A DNA stretch of 64,000 nt from a virus: the IMG/VR virus record IMGVR_UViG_3300042691_043434, positions 4,713 to 68,712 of that record; one strand, written 5' to 3'. The notes beneath the pieces were generated by a model. That model ran no database searches. It was given only the letters and a program-made list of their open reading frames with translations, and had not been told where the DNA came from. This document shows positions 46,260-58,400 of this stretch, piece after piece. Both the position numbers and the translations under genes were made by a program. Each line of letters starts with the position of its first letter. The first letter of the stretch is position 1.

Positions 46260-47896
46260 ATAGCGAGAATTTTCGCATCTTTAATTACTCCGTTGTCGGA
46301 GTAAGAAAATAGAGGCCAGGAGTCTACGATCCCTCGGATGTTGTAGGATACTGTTAATGTACGGTGGTAAACAAATCCTCCGTCATTGGTGCTTGAGGAA
46401 CTTGAAAGATTCTGCACCAGAGTCCCCAGTGTCGTATTAAACCCTCGTACCGAATTCGTGCTAACAGGTGTACCAGGCTTATAATACCCAGCACTAATAC
46501 TGTACTTGTTATCTCCGGATTCTGAAGCAGATACGACTGAACCCGATGAGAATTTGGTTAAAATCGGACTAAGGTAATTTCGTCCACTTTGGCTAAAAAA
46601 CGGTTTATCATCTGTGCTGAATACGCGTTGATATTTTTCACCAGTATATAGCCATATTCCTGGTACTGCGACTCCGTCAATACGTACTTGACCGCGTTCA
46701 TTTGTCTGATCGCGTAAGTCGAAGAACGTAATTGCTTGGTCATCGATTACTCCGTCCGGGTCACGGAATATCACCCGGTAGTCGGATTGAACGTTTAGAC
46801 CCTTAAACCGGTTATACGTAAACCCAAGCTCCGTATCTTCTGATTGAACTTTTACGTTTTGTACAAACCTGGGCAGGCTATTTTTGATAGCTTCAGTGGA
46901 GTCAGAAATCGACCGTATACTGCTAGATAAATTAGATCCTGGTTCGTAACCATCACCATATTTATAAAACTGCGAACGGCCGTCTAACTTATATAGCTGT
47001 ACAAGGTTCTCAGAAGAGAGAGTATCAAGGCGGCTAAGACGAAGTCCGGGGGTAGAAAGGGCTGGGAAGGATTGAATAGAATCGTAGACGGATCCCAAGT
47101 AAACCCAGTCGTCGGATTTTTCGTCGTACAGGAAAAATCCATCCTGGTTAGCCGATTTTACAGTATATAGGTATCTTTCATTTAATAGTAAGGCGGTGTA
47201 CCCTAAGCTCCCTGAGCTATACGTACTATGATGCAATGAGTTAGTTGTATACCGTAAACACTTGTCTTCTTCCGGATTGTCTTCAGCCCCGCATGCAGGG
47301 ATGGGCTGTAAGTACTCTCCAGGTACGTAGCCAGTACCGCCAGACACTAAGATAACAGTACGGGATAACGTCCCATTTGCATTAACCGTGACTTGCGCTG
47401 TTGCATTCGACGCACCGGAAACTAATCCAAGTAGGTTAATAATTACAGTAGCTGGATAGGAGAGTTCAGTGCCTGCTGGATTCTTGGCTTTATACTGCGA
47501 ACCGGAACTTGATACACTAAGGTTTACGATTTTATCCGTATCGGATATAAAAATTGGCGCACCGGTGGGAGGGTTAATTCCGCGCTGATCGAATAGTATG
47601 CCAGATATACGATCAAACCAGATTTTGTTTTCGCTAGAAAATGTGTAAGAGTTAGTTACAAAGCGGGTTCGGAGCACTTCGTTGCCGTTTCCGTCTTTGA
47701 ACGGTTCGTTAACTAGGCTACGTAACTGATTAGTTGATATTAAACTCGCAGAAGAGATAGTCGACTTGAGCCGGTTAGCATACGCAAACAGATTAATGTC
47801 CTCTTGAATCTGAGGGCCGTATAGTTTTTGTAACGCGTCTGTTGCGTTTAACCCGTCCTCAGACAGGTTGTATTTAGTGTAGAGACCTGCGGACAT
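46256..47896 (-). CDS. Virion structural protein
   Basis: N-terminal GLYTKYNLSE...ALQKL motif; Ser/Thr/Gly-rich beta sequence. Confidence 0.65.
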   Translation of the reverse strand: MSAGLYTKYNLSEDGLNATDALQKLYGPQIQEDINLFAYANRLKSTISSASLISTNQLRSLVNEPFKDGNGNEVLRTRFVTNSYTFSSENKIWFDRISGILFDQRGINPPTGAPIFISDTDKIVNLSVSSSGSQYKAKNPAGTELSYPATVIINLLGLVSGASNATAQVTVNANGTLSRTVILVSGGTGYVPGEYLQPIPACGAEDNPEEDKCLRYTTNSLHHSTYSSGSLGYTALLLNERYLYTVKSANQDGFFLYDEKSDDWVYLGSVYDSIQSFPALSTPGLRLSRLDTLSSENLVQLYKLDGRSQFYKYGDGYEPGSNLSSSIRSISDSTEAIKNSLPRFVQNVKVQSEDTELGFTYNRFKGLNVQSDYRVIFRDPDGVIDDQAITFFDLRDQTNERGQVRIDGVAVPGIWLYTGEKYQRVFSTDDKPFFSQSGRNYLSPILTKFSSGSVVSASESGDNKYSISAGYYKPGTPVSTNSVRGFNTTLGTLVQNLSSSSSTNDGGFVYHRTLTVSYNIRGIVDSWPLFSYSDNGVIKDAKILAI

Positions 47897-47900
47897 AGGA

Positions 47901-50900
47901 TTAGGGGTTTACTAGGTCGGCCGGATTATATCCGGCATCGATAATAGATTGGTAACGGGTAGTAGTGCTGCTGTTTACTGTAGCAACTACAGTTGGGGTG
48001 GTATTAGGAGACTGGTAGACAAATCCTAAATCAATTAAGATACCGCGTAGATTTTTATACAACAACGCGATGGGGTTTTCGGTTATTATTTGCGTTTTTT
48101 GGGTACGTATTTTGTAGTACGTTCCGCTGATTAGTTCTCCAGGGATACGCACTGTCTTCGTACCAACGATGACACGACTGATTGTTGTAACACCACTGGA
48201 GCTGGTTGTCGTTTTTTCCTCATAGATATTGAACAGTTCGTCTCTGTACAAAGAAGTTACGACATCATTACCAGAAGAGACAGTAACCGGAAAGATTTCG
48301 TTTTGTGAGTAGTTAGAGTACTTGCCACTAGCATCTAACTTATTTAACGATAAACGGACTCTACAGTTACTAAAACGTTGGGAAGAATCGATAGCGGAGA
48401 TTTCAGATACTATGTCTCTAATTAAGTCAGTTGAGAGACCATTGCTTGAAAGGTCTACGGTAATTTTTCGTGAATTACCAGAAAACACTCTGCCCAACGA
48501 TCCTATCGTATAACCAGATATACCATTAACGCTTAAGTCTAACGCCGAGTATGAGTCGTCACGAATTGAACCAAAACCGCTGCGGATGTTAAGAGTACCG
48601 GACAGTTTACAATTTGATGCTCGGAATAAAAGCAAGCTATTAAAACCATTCTCAAACCACGTAGAAATATCGTTAGTTTGGCGGGAGAAGTACAAGGTAG
48701 ATGGTAAAGTACCAAGAATATCTGAGTCAATTACCACGCTAGTGTCGTAAACTGATACGACCTTAGAAACCACCGGACCATTTGAAGACGTTCGGATTTC
48801 ATCGCCAACCTGAACAAGCTGCCTAAAATTACTCGTACCAGTAAGGACGTAGACATTGTCGGCTGGGTCAGGTTGAGTTGAACGAGTAAGAGAGAGGCCG
48901 GCAACTTCTGTTTGGGAGTCAGTAGCACGGACAACTGAACCTCGTAGCCCTGGTATCGACCAATCTGAACGGTACGTGGATGGTTGAGAGTTACTAATGT
49001 CTACTGTTTGTACGTTGGTAGTCGAAGTTCCGGAGAAGTTAGGGAGTAACGCTCCGCCCCCAGGTGAATTCTGTGACCACAGGACTAAGTTTCTTATATC
49101 CCTCGCAAAGTAAAAATTCGACGCGTTTATGCTAAGGTTTCTGAGGTCGTTAAAACTACAAGCGTCGGAATAGATATTGATCTCTTTGGTATCTGTCTCG
49201 TACTTTAATTTCAACGGGAATACTGGAAATTTTCCAGTTAATCCGCTATACCGTGAATTAAAATATGAGAGATTTACTAGATTTACAAGGTCTTTTTCTC
49301 TAAATCGATACGAAGGGGAGAAATAACTAACCTCGAATGAGGTGAGCCTATGTTCACTACCTTCCGGACGAGCCGAGGCAAAATTCTCTGGGAGTAAATA
49401 GTTAACTGTATTTGATACAACTGCACTAATTCCAGTACACGACCCGATGCTAATTGATTCTAGTGCTTCAGTGTCTAGAACGGTGCCGAGCTGTGGCATA
49501 GTTCCAGTTGTACCGGATCCAAACAAGAACAAGTTGCTAAGTTTTGGAACACGGAGAGGGGAAGCTGGAGTAGTGAACTGCGCACCGCCTGAAAAAGCAG
49601 CGTTAAGTGAGATTAGGTTTTCCCATGTAGAATTTTGAAGATTTATTGACAATCCAGAACCGGTATACACCATATTAATTCCCACAGTGTTGGTTTGCCA
49701 TGCCGACCAGTTTTCACTAGGATTACCGATATAACCGGAGATATTGTTTGTTATAGAGTATTGACCCCCTACGTTAAAGTTTACGAACTTGTATTTAGAT
49801 ACATGACCACTGTTTGATGGGTTTGTTGAAGTACCGATATCAAGTAAGCTACCAGACGCACCAGAGGATTCTATATCGTAACTGAGTAAATTACCATTAT
49901 TGTTCATTTTTGGTAGTGAACCAAAAAGAAATCTGTAGGATCGAGCTCTTTTTCTTGACCAAGACAGGTTTCTTAGATCTGGAAATACGTCATCGAAACG
50001 TGGGCTAAAGCCATAAAACCTGTCTCCGAGCGAAAGAGTATTTAGAGCGGAGAATTGTCGATAGTCAGTTTCAGCGGTGCGAGACTGATTAAGAACATAC
50101 TTTTCAAATAATACGTCCGACCAGTCATCCCCGTCTTCGTTAACAATCGCACCGGTCTTCGGAATGGTTAGGTAGCTGATGCCTGTATATAGCGGGAATG
50201 AAAATGATGGTGTTGCCGAGCTATCCCTGTAGTCAAACCACCCCATTGGACCGCTGCGCCATGTATCCCCTGAACCAGATAAATCCAAAGTACGGAGTTT
50301 GTTGCCAAGGGTTTTAAGCCATAATGGCAGAACGGTCATCGATCCGCCAGACATTGTAAATATTTCTAAGTTATTAAAACCAATGAGTCCCAGATCTTTT
50401 CGATCGGGGAATTCGCGAACATCTATACCAGAAAATTCAATGCCTTTAACTTTTTCCGGATTAACGTAAAGGTACAGGTACAAATCGTAGAGATTTTGAT
50501 AACCGGTTGTTGTAATATCTATATTTAGCGTGAACGTTGTCGAACCTTCCGTTTGAGTTTGTTGTGTAACAGGGAGAAATCCAACTAACGGTGAGTTGGG
50601 TCGTTGTTGTGCCGGTTGAATTTGATAACCAAAAAAGTACGGAGCGGTAGAATCAGTAAACGTAAAACGGATTTGACCTGTTGCCAATCGGCAATACACC
50701 CGTAGAGGAGTGTTCTTCGTAGCTAATAGCCGTACGGGTACCGTAGCCCCGGTGTTGCCGTTATCGACATTTACTGTAATCGCATGAGACGGATTCTCAA
50801 CAACCGGAGATTTGGTTAAAAAGGAGGATTTAGGTAAAATAATACGGTTGACGTGGGAACGGCGTCGAACTCTAATCGATCCAGGGTACAACGCACTTAA

Positions 50901-51419
50901 AAAATAACCAACATTGTTCGGATCAGTTTCAGCGTTAAATAAACTAGCTCTGGATGTCGACAACGCAACATTTTTTCTATCTGGGTTAGAAAAAAGCGAG
51001 CCTCCTATCGTATTTGTCCGGTATTGTGCACCGGAACATTGAATAGAACCGTTAAAAACAATGACGTTTGGTGTATTTTGACTTGGTGACCCTATGCCTC
51101 CCAGGGGAAATTCCGGACTATAGTATTCCTTGTTGATATAAAGTCGAGTTGGAATACTGTCATTATAGACAGTGTGGATCTGATGAAGAGATGGTAAAAG
51201 AAGACGAGATAGGCCCGATGCGGATCGTAGATCTTCGCGAGTTATTGGTTCTGAGACACCATATAGACGATCGAGAATCTCTGGGCGAATTAATATATTC
51301 CGTAACGCGTCACGTTTATCGGAATCAAAAATTTCCGCGAGATTAGCCGTGCTGTCGGAAACTAATCCGATGTCTGGCCGAGAAAACCTGCCAAATCCTG
51401 GGAAAAAGGAATCCGCCAT
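47901..51419 (-). CDS. Leucine-rich-repeat-containing virion protein
   Basis: LRR-like units KLRTLDLSGS, ALNTLSLG, DLRNLSWS, KLSNLFLFGS, NLSYFNSRYSGLTGKFP, LDLSVNGISG, VDLSSNGLS. Confidence 0.65.
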   Translation of the reverse strand: MADSFFPGFGRFSRPDIGLVSDSTANLAEIFDSDKRDALRNILIRPEILDRLYGVSEPITREDLRSASGLSRLLLPSLHQIHTVYNDSIPTRLYINKEYYSPEFPLGGIGSPSQNTPNVIVFNGSIQCSGAQYRTNTIGGSLFSNPDRKNVALSTSRASLFNAETDPNNVGYFLSALYPGSIRVRRRSHVNRIILPKSSFLTKSPVVENPSHAITVNVDNGNTGATVPVRLLATKNTPLRVYCRLATGQIRFTFTDSTAPYFFGYQIQPAQQRPNSPLVGFLPVTQQTQTEGSTTFTLNIDITTTGYQNLYDLYLYLYVNPEKVKGIEFSGIDVREFPDRKDLGLIGFNNLEIFTMSGGSMTVLPLWLKTLGNKLRTLDLSGSGDTWRSGPMGWFDYRDSSATPSFSFPLYTGISYLTIPKTGAIVNEDGDDWSDVLFEKYVLNQSRTAETDYRQFSALNTLSLGDRFYGFSPRFDDVFPDLRNLSWSRKRARSYRFLFGSLPKMNNNGNLLSYDIESSGASGSLLDIGTSTNPSNSGHVSKYKFVNFNVGGQYSITNNISGYIGNPSENWSAWQTNTVGINMVYTGSGLSINLQNSTWENLISLNAAFSGGAQFTTPASPLRVPKLSNLFLFGSGTTGTMPQLGTVLDTEALESISIGSCTGISAVVSNTVNYLLPENFASARPEGSEHRLTSFEVSYFSPSYRFREKDLVNLVNLSYFNSRYSGLTGKFPVFPLKLKYETDTKEINIYSDACSFNDLRNLSINASNFYFARDIRNLVLWSQNSPGGGALLPNFSGTSTTNVQTVDISNSQPSTYRSDWSIPGLRGSVVRATDSQTEVAGLSLTRSTQPDPADNVYVLTGTSNFRQLVQVGDEIRTSSNGPVVSKVVSVYDTSVVIDSDILGTLPSTLYFSRQTNDISTWFENGFNSLLLFRASNCKLSGTLNIRSGFGSIRDDSYSALDLSVNGISGYTIGSLGRVFSGNSRKITVDLSSNGLSTDLIRDIVSEISAIDSSQRFSNCRVRLSLNKLDASGKYSNYSQNEIFPVTVSSGNDVVTSLYRDELFNIYEEKTTTSSSGVTTISRVIVGTKTVRIPGELISGTYYKIRTQKTQIITENPIALLYKNLRGILIDLGFVYQSPNTTPTVVATVNSSTTTRYQSIIDAGYNPADLVNP

Positions 51420-51448
51420 CCATCAACAAATAAGCTACTCTCTATAGA

Positions 51449-51457
51449 GCTTTCAAC
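51449..51457 (-). promoter_or_regulatory. Putative phage late promoter motif
   Basis: CGTTGAAAGC TCTA TAG, 29 nt before ATG 51419. Confidence 0.75.
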
Positions 51458-51459
51458 GA

Positions 51460-54400
51460 CTATTGCTCAGTGTAGTTAAGGGACATGTAAATCTCATTAC
51501 TAGTTTCGTTATGGTTACCGAGTGACCGAGCGATAAAGAATGTTGCTAGGTTTCCGTCGTCCTCGTTGACAATACTCTCGGCTGAGATATTAAACACAGG
51601 GTTTAAATCAATCTCGGTCGGGGTATTAGCAGAAATGTAATACGTTGCTAGAGGAATCGCTTGACTTGGGTCAGTTAGGTACCTTAACGGGTACTGAGAG
51701 TTTGTAAAAATTCCGGCTGAGTTAGTCCCTCCAGTGGAAAAGAAACTGCCGCACTTGCGGGGATTGGTATGAACAGACTTGTACGTATCTAAAGCCGACT
51801 CACTCGCGTTAATTGTCGGAGCGGTAGACAGGTTAAGGAGATCGGCCTGGGTGTAAGTAGTAATCGATTTTACTGCGCCGTTAGATTGCGGACTAGCCGA
51901 CCATTGGCTGTGATAATCGGGAGTCCCAGAGTCTGAAATTGATACCGTTGAGCGGTGAGGGGTAAATGGTCTAACGTCGACACCACTTGTTGTTTTTTGA
52001 CCGACCCAAAGACCTCCAAGCTTTGCTCCTTGACGTCCCTGGACAAATACACGGATAAATGGGACGTTACCCGGTGCTATCTTAGAGACAAGAATTTGTC
52101 TAACCCTAGAACGTTTATCGATGTTTGCGATGTATACAACGTTATAGAATACGGTAACGCTACCTACCGCTATACCTCCAGGTAAAGAGTTACCGATAGG
52201 TAACAGGTACAACGTGATTCCGTCTTCGATAACTCTGGTAATTCCGCCGGTTGTTGAAATATTTACGGTAGAACTACCTTGGACTAAGGTAACCGTGTAC
52301 GGTTCACCCAGGTTTGGCCAAGGAGAGCTTGTGTCAGATACATAATAAGTTGTTACAGAAGTCTCCGGATTGACTTCAGCTATAATGCTAACGTCGCTAC
52401 GAAGTTCACGGCCAGCTTTACAAAATAGCCCACGGCAAGGGCCTCCCTCGATACCAGGCACGGAAAGACGTTGATCGTCAAGGTCGGTTAGAGCAGAGTA
52501 TAAGGTAAATTCACCAGACTCTAAGTTATAAGTGTCTACAAATACGCGGGGGTTAGTCTCAATGTATAAGATATTGTTTTGATGATCATTTACAAAATCG
52601 TAAGGTAGGCCTTCGTAAAAATTCTGACCATCCCACACTGCGGTTGGTTCGATTCCCCAGTTGACACTGGGTGCTGTCGCGTATAAATCGTCGTCAGGGT
52701 CGGTTGTTTCCGGCCATACAAATCCGAAACGGAAAGAAGAGGAGTGAGAGGAGTCTAAACCTGCTTCCGATCCGCCAACCCAGTAGATGTAAAACTCATC
52801 GCTAAGCACGTCGACAGTGCTTAGAAGGATCTGATCACGGCGAAAATAGTCAAATTCTATGTCGTAACCGGTTTCGTATGGGGAGACAGGAGCATAAAGG
52901 AAGGGTAGATAGACATTAGACGGTGACGGTAACGTGTTTCGGCTGGAAAGGTACACGTTTGAAGTTGCATTTCTTTGTAACTTAATGGTTAACGATCCGC
53001 TACTAAAATCCTTTTGAGTGGCGGGAAATAGGGCGTAAAGGTCATTCCCGATAACTCTTACAACTTGATTTCCAATAACGCTCCAGTTACCTGAACTGGC
53101 CGGGCTGCGAAATCCCCCAGCCGATGTCGTACTATACGCCGCTACCGCACTGTAACTCGATGCATCGGTACTTGATATTCCGATGGCCGGTCGGTCTAAA
53201 GTGAAGTACGGATCGACAGTAAATTTCCCTCTGAGCCGTCTGCTTTCAGGTAGTTGCTCCCATTCGTATCCTTCCTGGTGTGTATACGCCCACTCCGGAC
53301 ATCCCCTTTGCCGCACAATTTTAATTTCGCAATCTTGCTGACTGTACACAAATGCATTTTCGGGGAAAATCTCCTTTTTGTTGTAGAGTTCGGATCCGAA
53401 ACGATTGACAAGAAACTGTCTAGGTTTGACACCCATTAACGTCGTCCAGTCGATAGCGTTGAGTTGAGTTTTTGATTGAGAAAACCCAGGACTAGGGAGA
53501 TACTGAACCCTAGATTGTGCGTTTAGGCTGTATAACGTGCCTTTGTCATACCCATCGATGTAGTACGATGCACCAAACTTATACACATACTGATCGACAC
53601 GGATAGTGGAAGAGTCAGAGATCAGTAGGCGATACTTAAAGTAGAAAAACGGATCGGCAAGGCAAGGTTGGCCAAGCTGGTTTTCGATTACAAGGGTATG
53701 CAGAGTTACCCACCGACACTCGTCGTTCTCAACGGGTACGTACGCATAGAATCTTGCCCCAATTGCACCGTACCAACCGAACTCGATCTTGTACATGGTC
53801 ACGGTGTCCGGGTTAAGAATATATCCTGTTTCCCCTTCACCCCCTAACGGATCCCCGTTCATGATCTTTTGCTCGATCATGGTTTCGTATTGAACCTGGC
53901 CGTTACGAACAATAGTACGAGTGTTATCCGGGTAATTCGCATTCTGCAGAAATACGGTATCTTCTAACGGAACGGTAGATCGGCGGACAATAGAAAAATT
54001 TGCACCGTTGCTAAGGCGGAACATGTACGAGTCGGTATCGTTTTCAATACCGAATTCGAGAACGGTTCCCGGACCGGCTCCGATTTCACTGACTTTGACG
54101 CCGTACGTAAATCCGCTGATGCGTCCGGGCTGGTAACGGAATGAGCGGATAGATTTTAAAGTAATTTCGCTACGAATACCTTGTACACCGCCGATCCGAT
54201 TAGTATCAGTAGGCAGATCTATTTGTTCACCAAATGATTCGGACGGCCAGGAGTCCGAAAAGACATTGTTTGTCCGGTCAGCGACAACGGGAGTGTCTAG
54301 AATGAAGTAGGGTAGTTTAAGGTCACGTTCGAGAGCAGTTACACTGGACTCGTCTGGGTGTACGGTAAACTCCCAGTTCTTAAGATCAGAGCGGAGCAGA

Positions 54401-55491
54401 TTCCAGTTTAATCCGAAGTACTTCTCCCATAGCTCCGGAGTCGGATTTGTTCGGATCCGGTAATGACCACGGTCTTCGGAGCGGCCGAAGGGATAGTAAA
54501 CGCGCGTGCTGCTAAAGAAAAACGAATCCCAGGAGACATTGAGATCTTGAGGCAACCTAGCAGTCGCTTCAGGAATGATGACTCCGCTCGCACCCCATAA
54601 CGACTCACTACCACGCCAATCTTCAACCGTCGTCGTATTAAAGTTATAAGCGCGTCCGCTAGGAATAATTGGGTAATTACTTATTGGACCGAAGCGGTTT
54701 TGTTTAATATCTAGCCAAATTTTATCCCAGTACAACTCGTTAAAAACGGGGGTACCGTTACCACCTGTAGTAGGAGGGTATGTGGTAAGCAGGTACCCAA
54801 GGTTAAATTGTTCCCATTGTGACTGTGCGAAGTTTTCAACAACATACCGAAAGAGATATAACGCGACAATAGAGTTAAGGTATTGCCCCCATCCGGTATA
54901 GCGTTCACCTCCCCCTGGATTAATAAGTTGGTCTTGGATACTTGGACGTGGAGGTTCTAGGAACGGGGTAGGATTTGACGATAATACAATCGCCGCGTTT
55001 CTCTCATCTTCGTCGAAACTTGTTGGATAATAATTTCCAGTCGAACTTGGGCGTCTCGTCCACCACCACCTTGATGAATCTCCATCTCCGTAACCGCCAA
55101 TGTCAACGCGCCAGTCTTTAGGGTCGAGTCCGTAGGTTGATACGTTTCCGAATAGTCCTTGCTGTGTGGTCTCGCGATTGATACCTAGCAACGACCGTGA
55201 CACCTCGCTCTGCTCCTCGAAGCGTTCGACAATAGGGAGAGCGGCAGGGGAGCCTTTACTGAAGGTATTCGCCGTGCTCAAGCCGTCAGCTTGATACGAC
55301 TCTGAATTGACAACAACACTAGGAGCTGTATCCGCCCCATATTCACTAATTTTGTATTCGTCTTTCTCCGTAACTAACGGCGCACCTTGTTCAGTGGATA
55401 GGGCAAAACCCCTAATGTCCACCATTTGTTTAACACTACGACTTTTACGAGGCGGTGTTTTATCCGCCCGGATTGATTGTTTGCCGGCCAT
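51460..55491 (-). CDS. Large virion structural protein (FRYQPGR family), paralog A
   Basis: FRYQPGR, KIEFGWYGAIG and YYIDG motifs; C-terminal LNYTEQ. Confidence 0.7.
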   Translation of the reverse strand: MAGKQSIRADKTPPRKSRSVKQMVDIRGFALSTEQGAPLVTEKDEYKISEYGADTAPSVVVNSESYQADGLSTANTFSKGSPAALPIVERFEEQSEVSRSLLGINRETTQQGLFGNVSTYGLDPKDWRVDIGGYGDGDSSRWWWTRRPSSTGNYYPTSFDEDERNAAIVLSSNPTPFLEPPRPSIQDQLINPGGGERYTGWGQYLNSIVALYLFRYVVENFAQSQWEQFNLGYLLTTYPPTTGGNGTPVFNELYWDKIWLDIKQNRFGPISNYPIIPSGRAYNFNTTTVEDWRGSESLWGASGVIIPEATARLPQDLNVSWDSFFFSSTRVYYPFGRSEDRGHYRIRTNPTPELWEKYFGLNWNLLRSDLKNWEFTVHPDESSVTALERDLKLPYFILDTPVVADRTNNVFSDSWPSESFGEQIDLPTDTNRIGGVQGIRSEITLKSIRSFRYQPGRISGFTYGVKVSEIGAGPGTVLEFGIENDTDSYMFRLSNGANFSIVRRSTVPLEDTVFLQNANYPDNTRTIVRNGQVQYETMIEQKIMNGDPLGGEGETGYILNPDTVTMYKIEFGWYGAIGARFYAYVPVENDECRWVTLHTLVIENQLGQPCLADPFFYFKYRLLISDSSTIRVDQYVYKFGASYYIDGYDKGTLYSLNAQSRVQYLPSPGFSQSKTQLNAIDWTTLMGVKPRQFLVNRFGSELYNKKEIFPENAFVYSQQDCEIKIVRQRGCPEWAYTHQEGYEWEQLPESRRLRGKFTVDPYFTLDRPAIGISSTDASSYSAVAAYSTTSAGGFRSPASSGNWSVIGNQVVRVIGNDLYALFPATQKDFSSGSLTIKLQRNATSNVYLSSRNTLPSPSNVYLPFLYAPVSPYETGYDIEFDYFRRDQILLSTVDVLSDEFYIYWVGGSEAGLDSSHSSSFRFGFVWPETTDPDDDLYATAPSVNWGIEPTAVWDGQNFYEGLPYDFVNDHQNNILYIETNPRVFVDTYNLESGEFTLYSALTDLDDQRLSVPGIEGGPCRGLFCKAGRELRSDVSIIAEVNPETSVTTYYVSDTSSPWPNLGEPYTVTLVQGSSTVNISTTGGITRVIEDGITLYLLPIGNSLPGGIAVGSVTVFYNVVYIANIDKRSRVRQILVSKIAPGNVPFIRVFVQGRQGAKLGGLWVGQKTTSGVDVRPFTPHRSTVSISDSGTPDYHSQWSASPQSNGAVKSITTYTQADLLNLSTAPTINASESALDTYKSVHTNPRKCGSFFSTGGTNSAGIFTNSQYPLRYLTDPSQAIPLATYYISANTPTEIDLNPVFNISAESIVNEDDGNLATFFIARSLGNHNETSNEIYMSLNYTEQ

Positions 55492-55494
55492 TGA

Positions 55495-58400
55495 TCACTG
55501 CTCCTCCCAGGTTAGAGAGTTGACAATAGAAAGTTGAGTCGATGGTTGGCTGGTCGCCGATGTTGATTCCCACATCGCATATGCGCAGAGAATGTCGACC
55601 TCATTGGTAAGAGGGTACGAGATGTACTCTTTGTTGTAGGCGAAGTAATCGGTCAAGTCGTACTGTGCACCACCTGCATTACTATACAAGGAGAAGATGA
55701 TACTGCCGGTGTTAGCGACTGGGGATAAACGGAAGTCTTGTGATACCGATGCACCGGATAACTGTGCGATAGACTCAAAACTACCAACCCGTTCAGTCTC
55801 GTTCCATTTCTTTTGATCTTCGTACTTGGTGTGAGTAAAATCACCGGTAAACGGAGTGATTGTACCTTGGGTATTAAACGTATACATTCTGACCGGAAGC
55901 ACGGATCCGTATACAGTTACCGGCTCGTTCTGAGCGGTATAGTTTTGAACGTAGTACTTAGACCCTTTACGGAAAAAGCGAACGAGAATTGAAGTTTCGG
56001 ATACAGAGGGATTGGTGGGGAAACCACCTACCGGAACCGATCCGGTACCAATGCCCCTCATGTATGCGTGTAGGTACGAGCCATCAGCACTAAGCAATCC
56101 TTGGAGGGTGGTGAAATCACCGCTGGAAATATTTGTGCCGGATATAATTTCTCTAGGGATAGTGCCAGATCCAAGATTGAAGCCAAATTGCGGGGAGCCG
56201 GAAATACTGTAAAGCGTGATAGCGTAGGACTGAGAAAGTGCGGAATTGTTTAGATTATTGGTAATCAGTAGCGGGTTTTTAATAAAATTAACCGTTACAA
56301 TATTACTGTCAGTGCTGGGGTCGGTAATACCGATGCCGTACTTAATTGGGTAGAGCTGGATCCGGTTGCGGATCGGTGTGCCAGTGGTGTTGCTGACTTC
56401 ATCCTTGGCGCGTAACGCCATCATTGCACGTTGACGACGCGGCACAATAAGTTCGATTGAACTACCATTGCTTAAGAAAGTTGTTGATTTATTGAAGTAC
56501 AGTCGGACATTGCTACCTCCGTCGTTTTCTACCCAAATCACCCTCATAGTCGTATCGGCTTTCAGATACGCACCGATTAGTTGATCTTTATTTGCTTGGG
56601 GGACCGTGCTTGCAAGGATGCTAAAGTAGTTACTGGCTGGTACGGTAGCGACTGAAGTTTTGATACCACCATACGATACGGATTTAGCGTAATCAGACGA
56701 CTTGGATAGCAGTTTGACTGTGCCCTTGTCGCCACCGTCAATATAATACGATGCACCGTATTTTACTAGTGTGCTTTTGTTGTTCGGTAGCCCGTTGCTT
56801 AGCCCGGAATGGGTTAGATACGTAATCGGGAGTGTCGCATTGCCCAACGAAGCTACATCGAGTTGGTTCGATGCCCTCATGTGGTGTACGCGCACCCACC
56901 TCGCTTCACCGTTAGCCACTGGAACATAGCAAAGGAACAACGCACCGACTGCCCCGTACCATGAGAAATCGATTTTCCACATGGTTACTTTGGTAAAATC
57001 GACATCGTATACAGAAGCGTCGGTTAGAGTCTGACCATTAATTTGAATTTGATCACCGGGACGCTTGACGCCAATAATTGTTGGGTCGACGTTAGCGGTA
57101 GAAACATCAGACCAACGGACGATATTGTCACTACGGCCGTTAAGCTGGTCGTTGCTGAACATAGCACGAACCGGACGCCACTCGTATACTGTGCGGTATT
57201 GGGGCGGGACACAAATCTTAAACCACTCCTTTAACGTAACGTTCTTAGTACCCGGATCACTAGAGGCAGTGTTGTATTCTTTGCCCGCGCTTCGGTGAGA
57301 ATCGAGACCGAAAGCAGCGTCGAATTCGCCGTTAGAGATCTGTGTTCCACCTTGAACCGTTACCAATAGGTTCCAGACTTTGACTCCGCTATTCGCTTCT
57401 GACGGGTCTGTGTCATACCCGAATCTGGAATTGTTAACCGCAACGCTAAGAGCGTCGCCGGACAGGGTGATCTCAGATGTAAAGTCAGCTCCACCACCTC
57501 TACTCAAATTTGTAACAATGTCTTCCCACCGGCAGTGTGCGTCGAGACGGATATACTGCGATGCGGGCTTCAGGAACTGGTTGTTAGTCTTCCAGCCCTC
57601 ATACTCCAAAGTCGTAAATGTGCTCGACTCTCGTTGATCGAGAGGGAACTGGAACTGACGGCCGGCAAGGTGCTCGATAAAAGAGTTACTAGAGTCTCGA
57701 TATGAGAGACGAACCGCGTATCCAGAGTTCGGTTCGTAGTCGGAAAGGGTGTTGGGGGTAGATTCAACCGCTCGTACGTCAGACGGTGCATAGCACAGAC
57801 TTGGATCGTAAATGGCGGCGGCGACATAGCATAGGCCGTTGCGGTAAATGACTGGGTCGACACCCACTACGCCCCAGTTACCACCCTTGATATTACTCGT
57901 GCCACTCAGCGCTGCTACTTTGTTCCATGCGTCGCCAGTGGATTCGATGCCGGTAGGTTGGGATGGGGTCAGGGCCTGGGTCCGTCTAATACACCGGAAG
58001 TCGTTGTTATCACCACTGTTAACAATTTCGAAGTAGTAACCGTCAAACTTATCAAAGATGCCCCATTTTTTAATCGTTGGCGCACCCTTCATGATGTTGC
58101 GGTTGGGGGTCGTCTGGTCGTATGTGGATAACGTCCGATTCATTTTGACGCCCATGGTCGAAGACGAAACCCGGCCGGGCTGATAACGGAAGAATCGCTT
58201 TGAAGTCAGTACGGTCGTCCGGCCTTCGCTCGCGACTAACTCCGCGCCCGCCTCACGTTCAAGGTGGTTTACGCCTGTTCCGGTATCCGGATCGTTCTCA
58301 AGGGGGATTTGAGACCATTCTGAGGGGTTGACGTCGTAGGTGTTGACGTCAGCGAAGATGCCTAGAGCGACTTCGGCCCTGGGGATGCCGAGCAGGCTTA

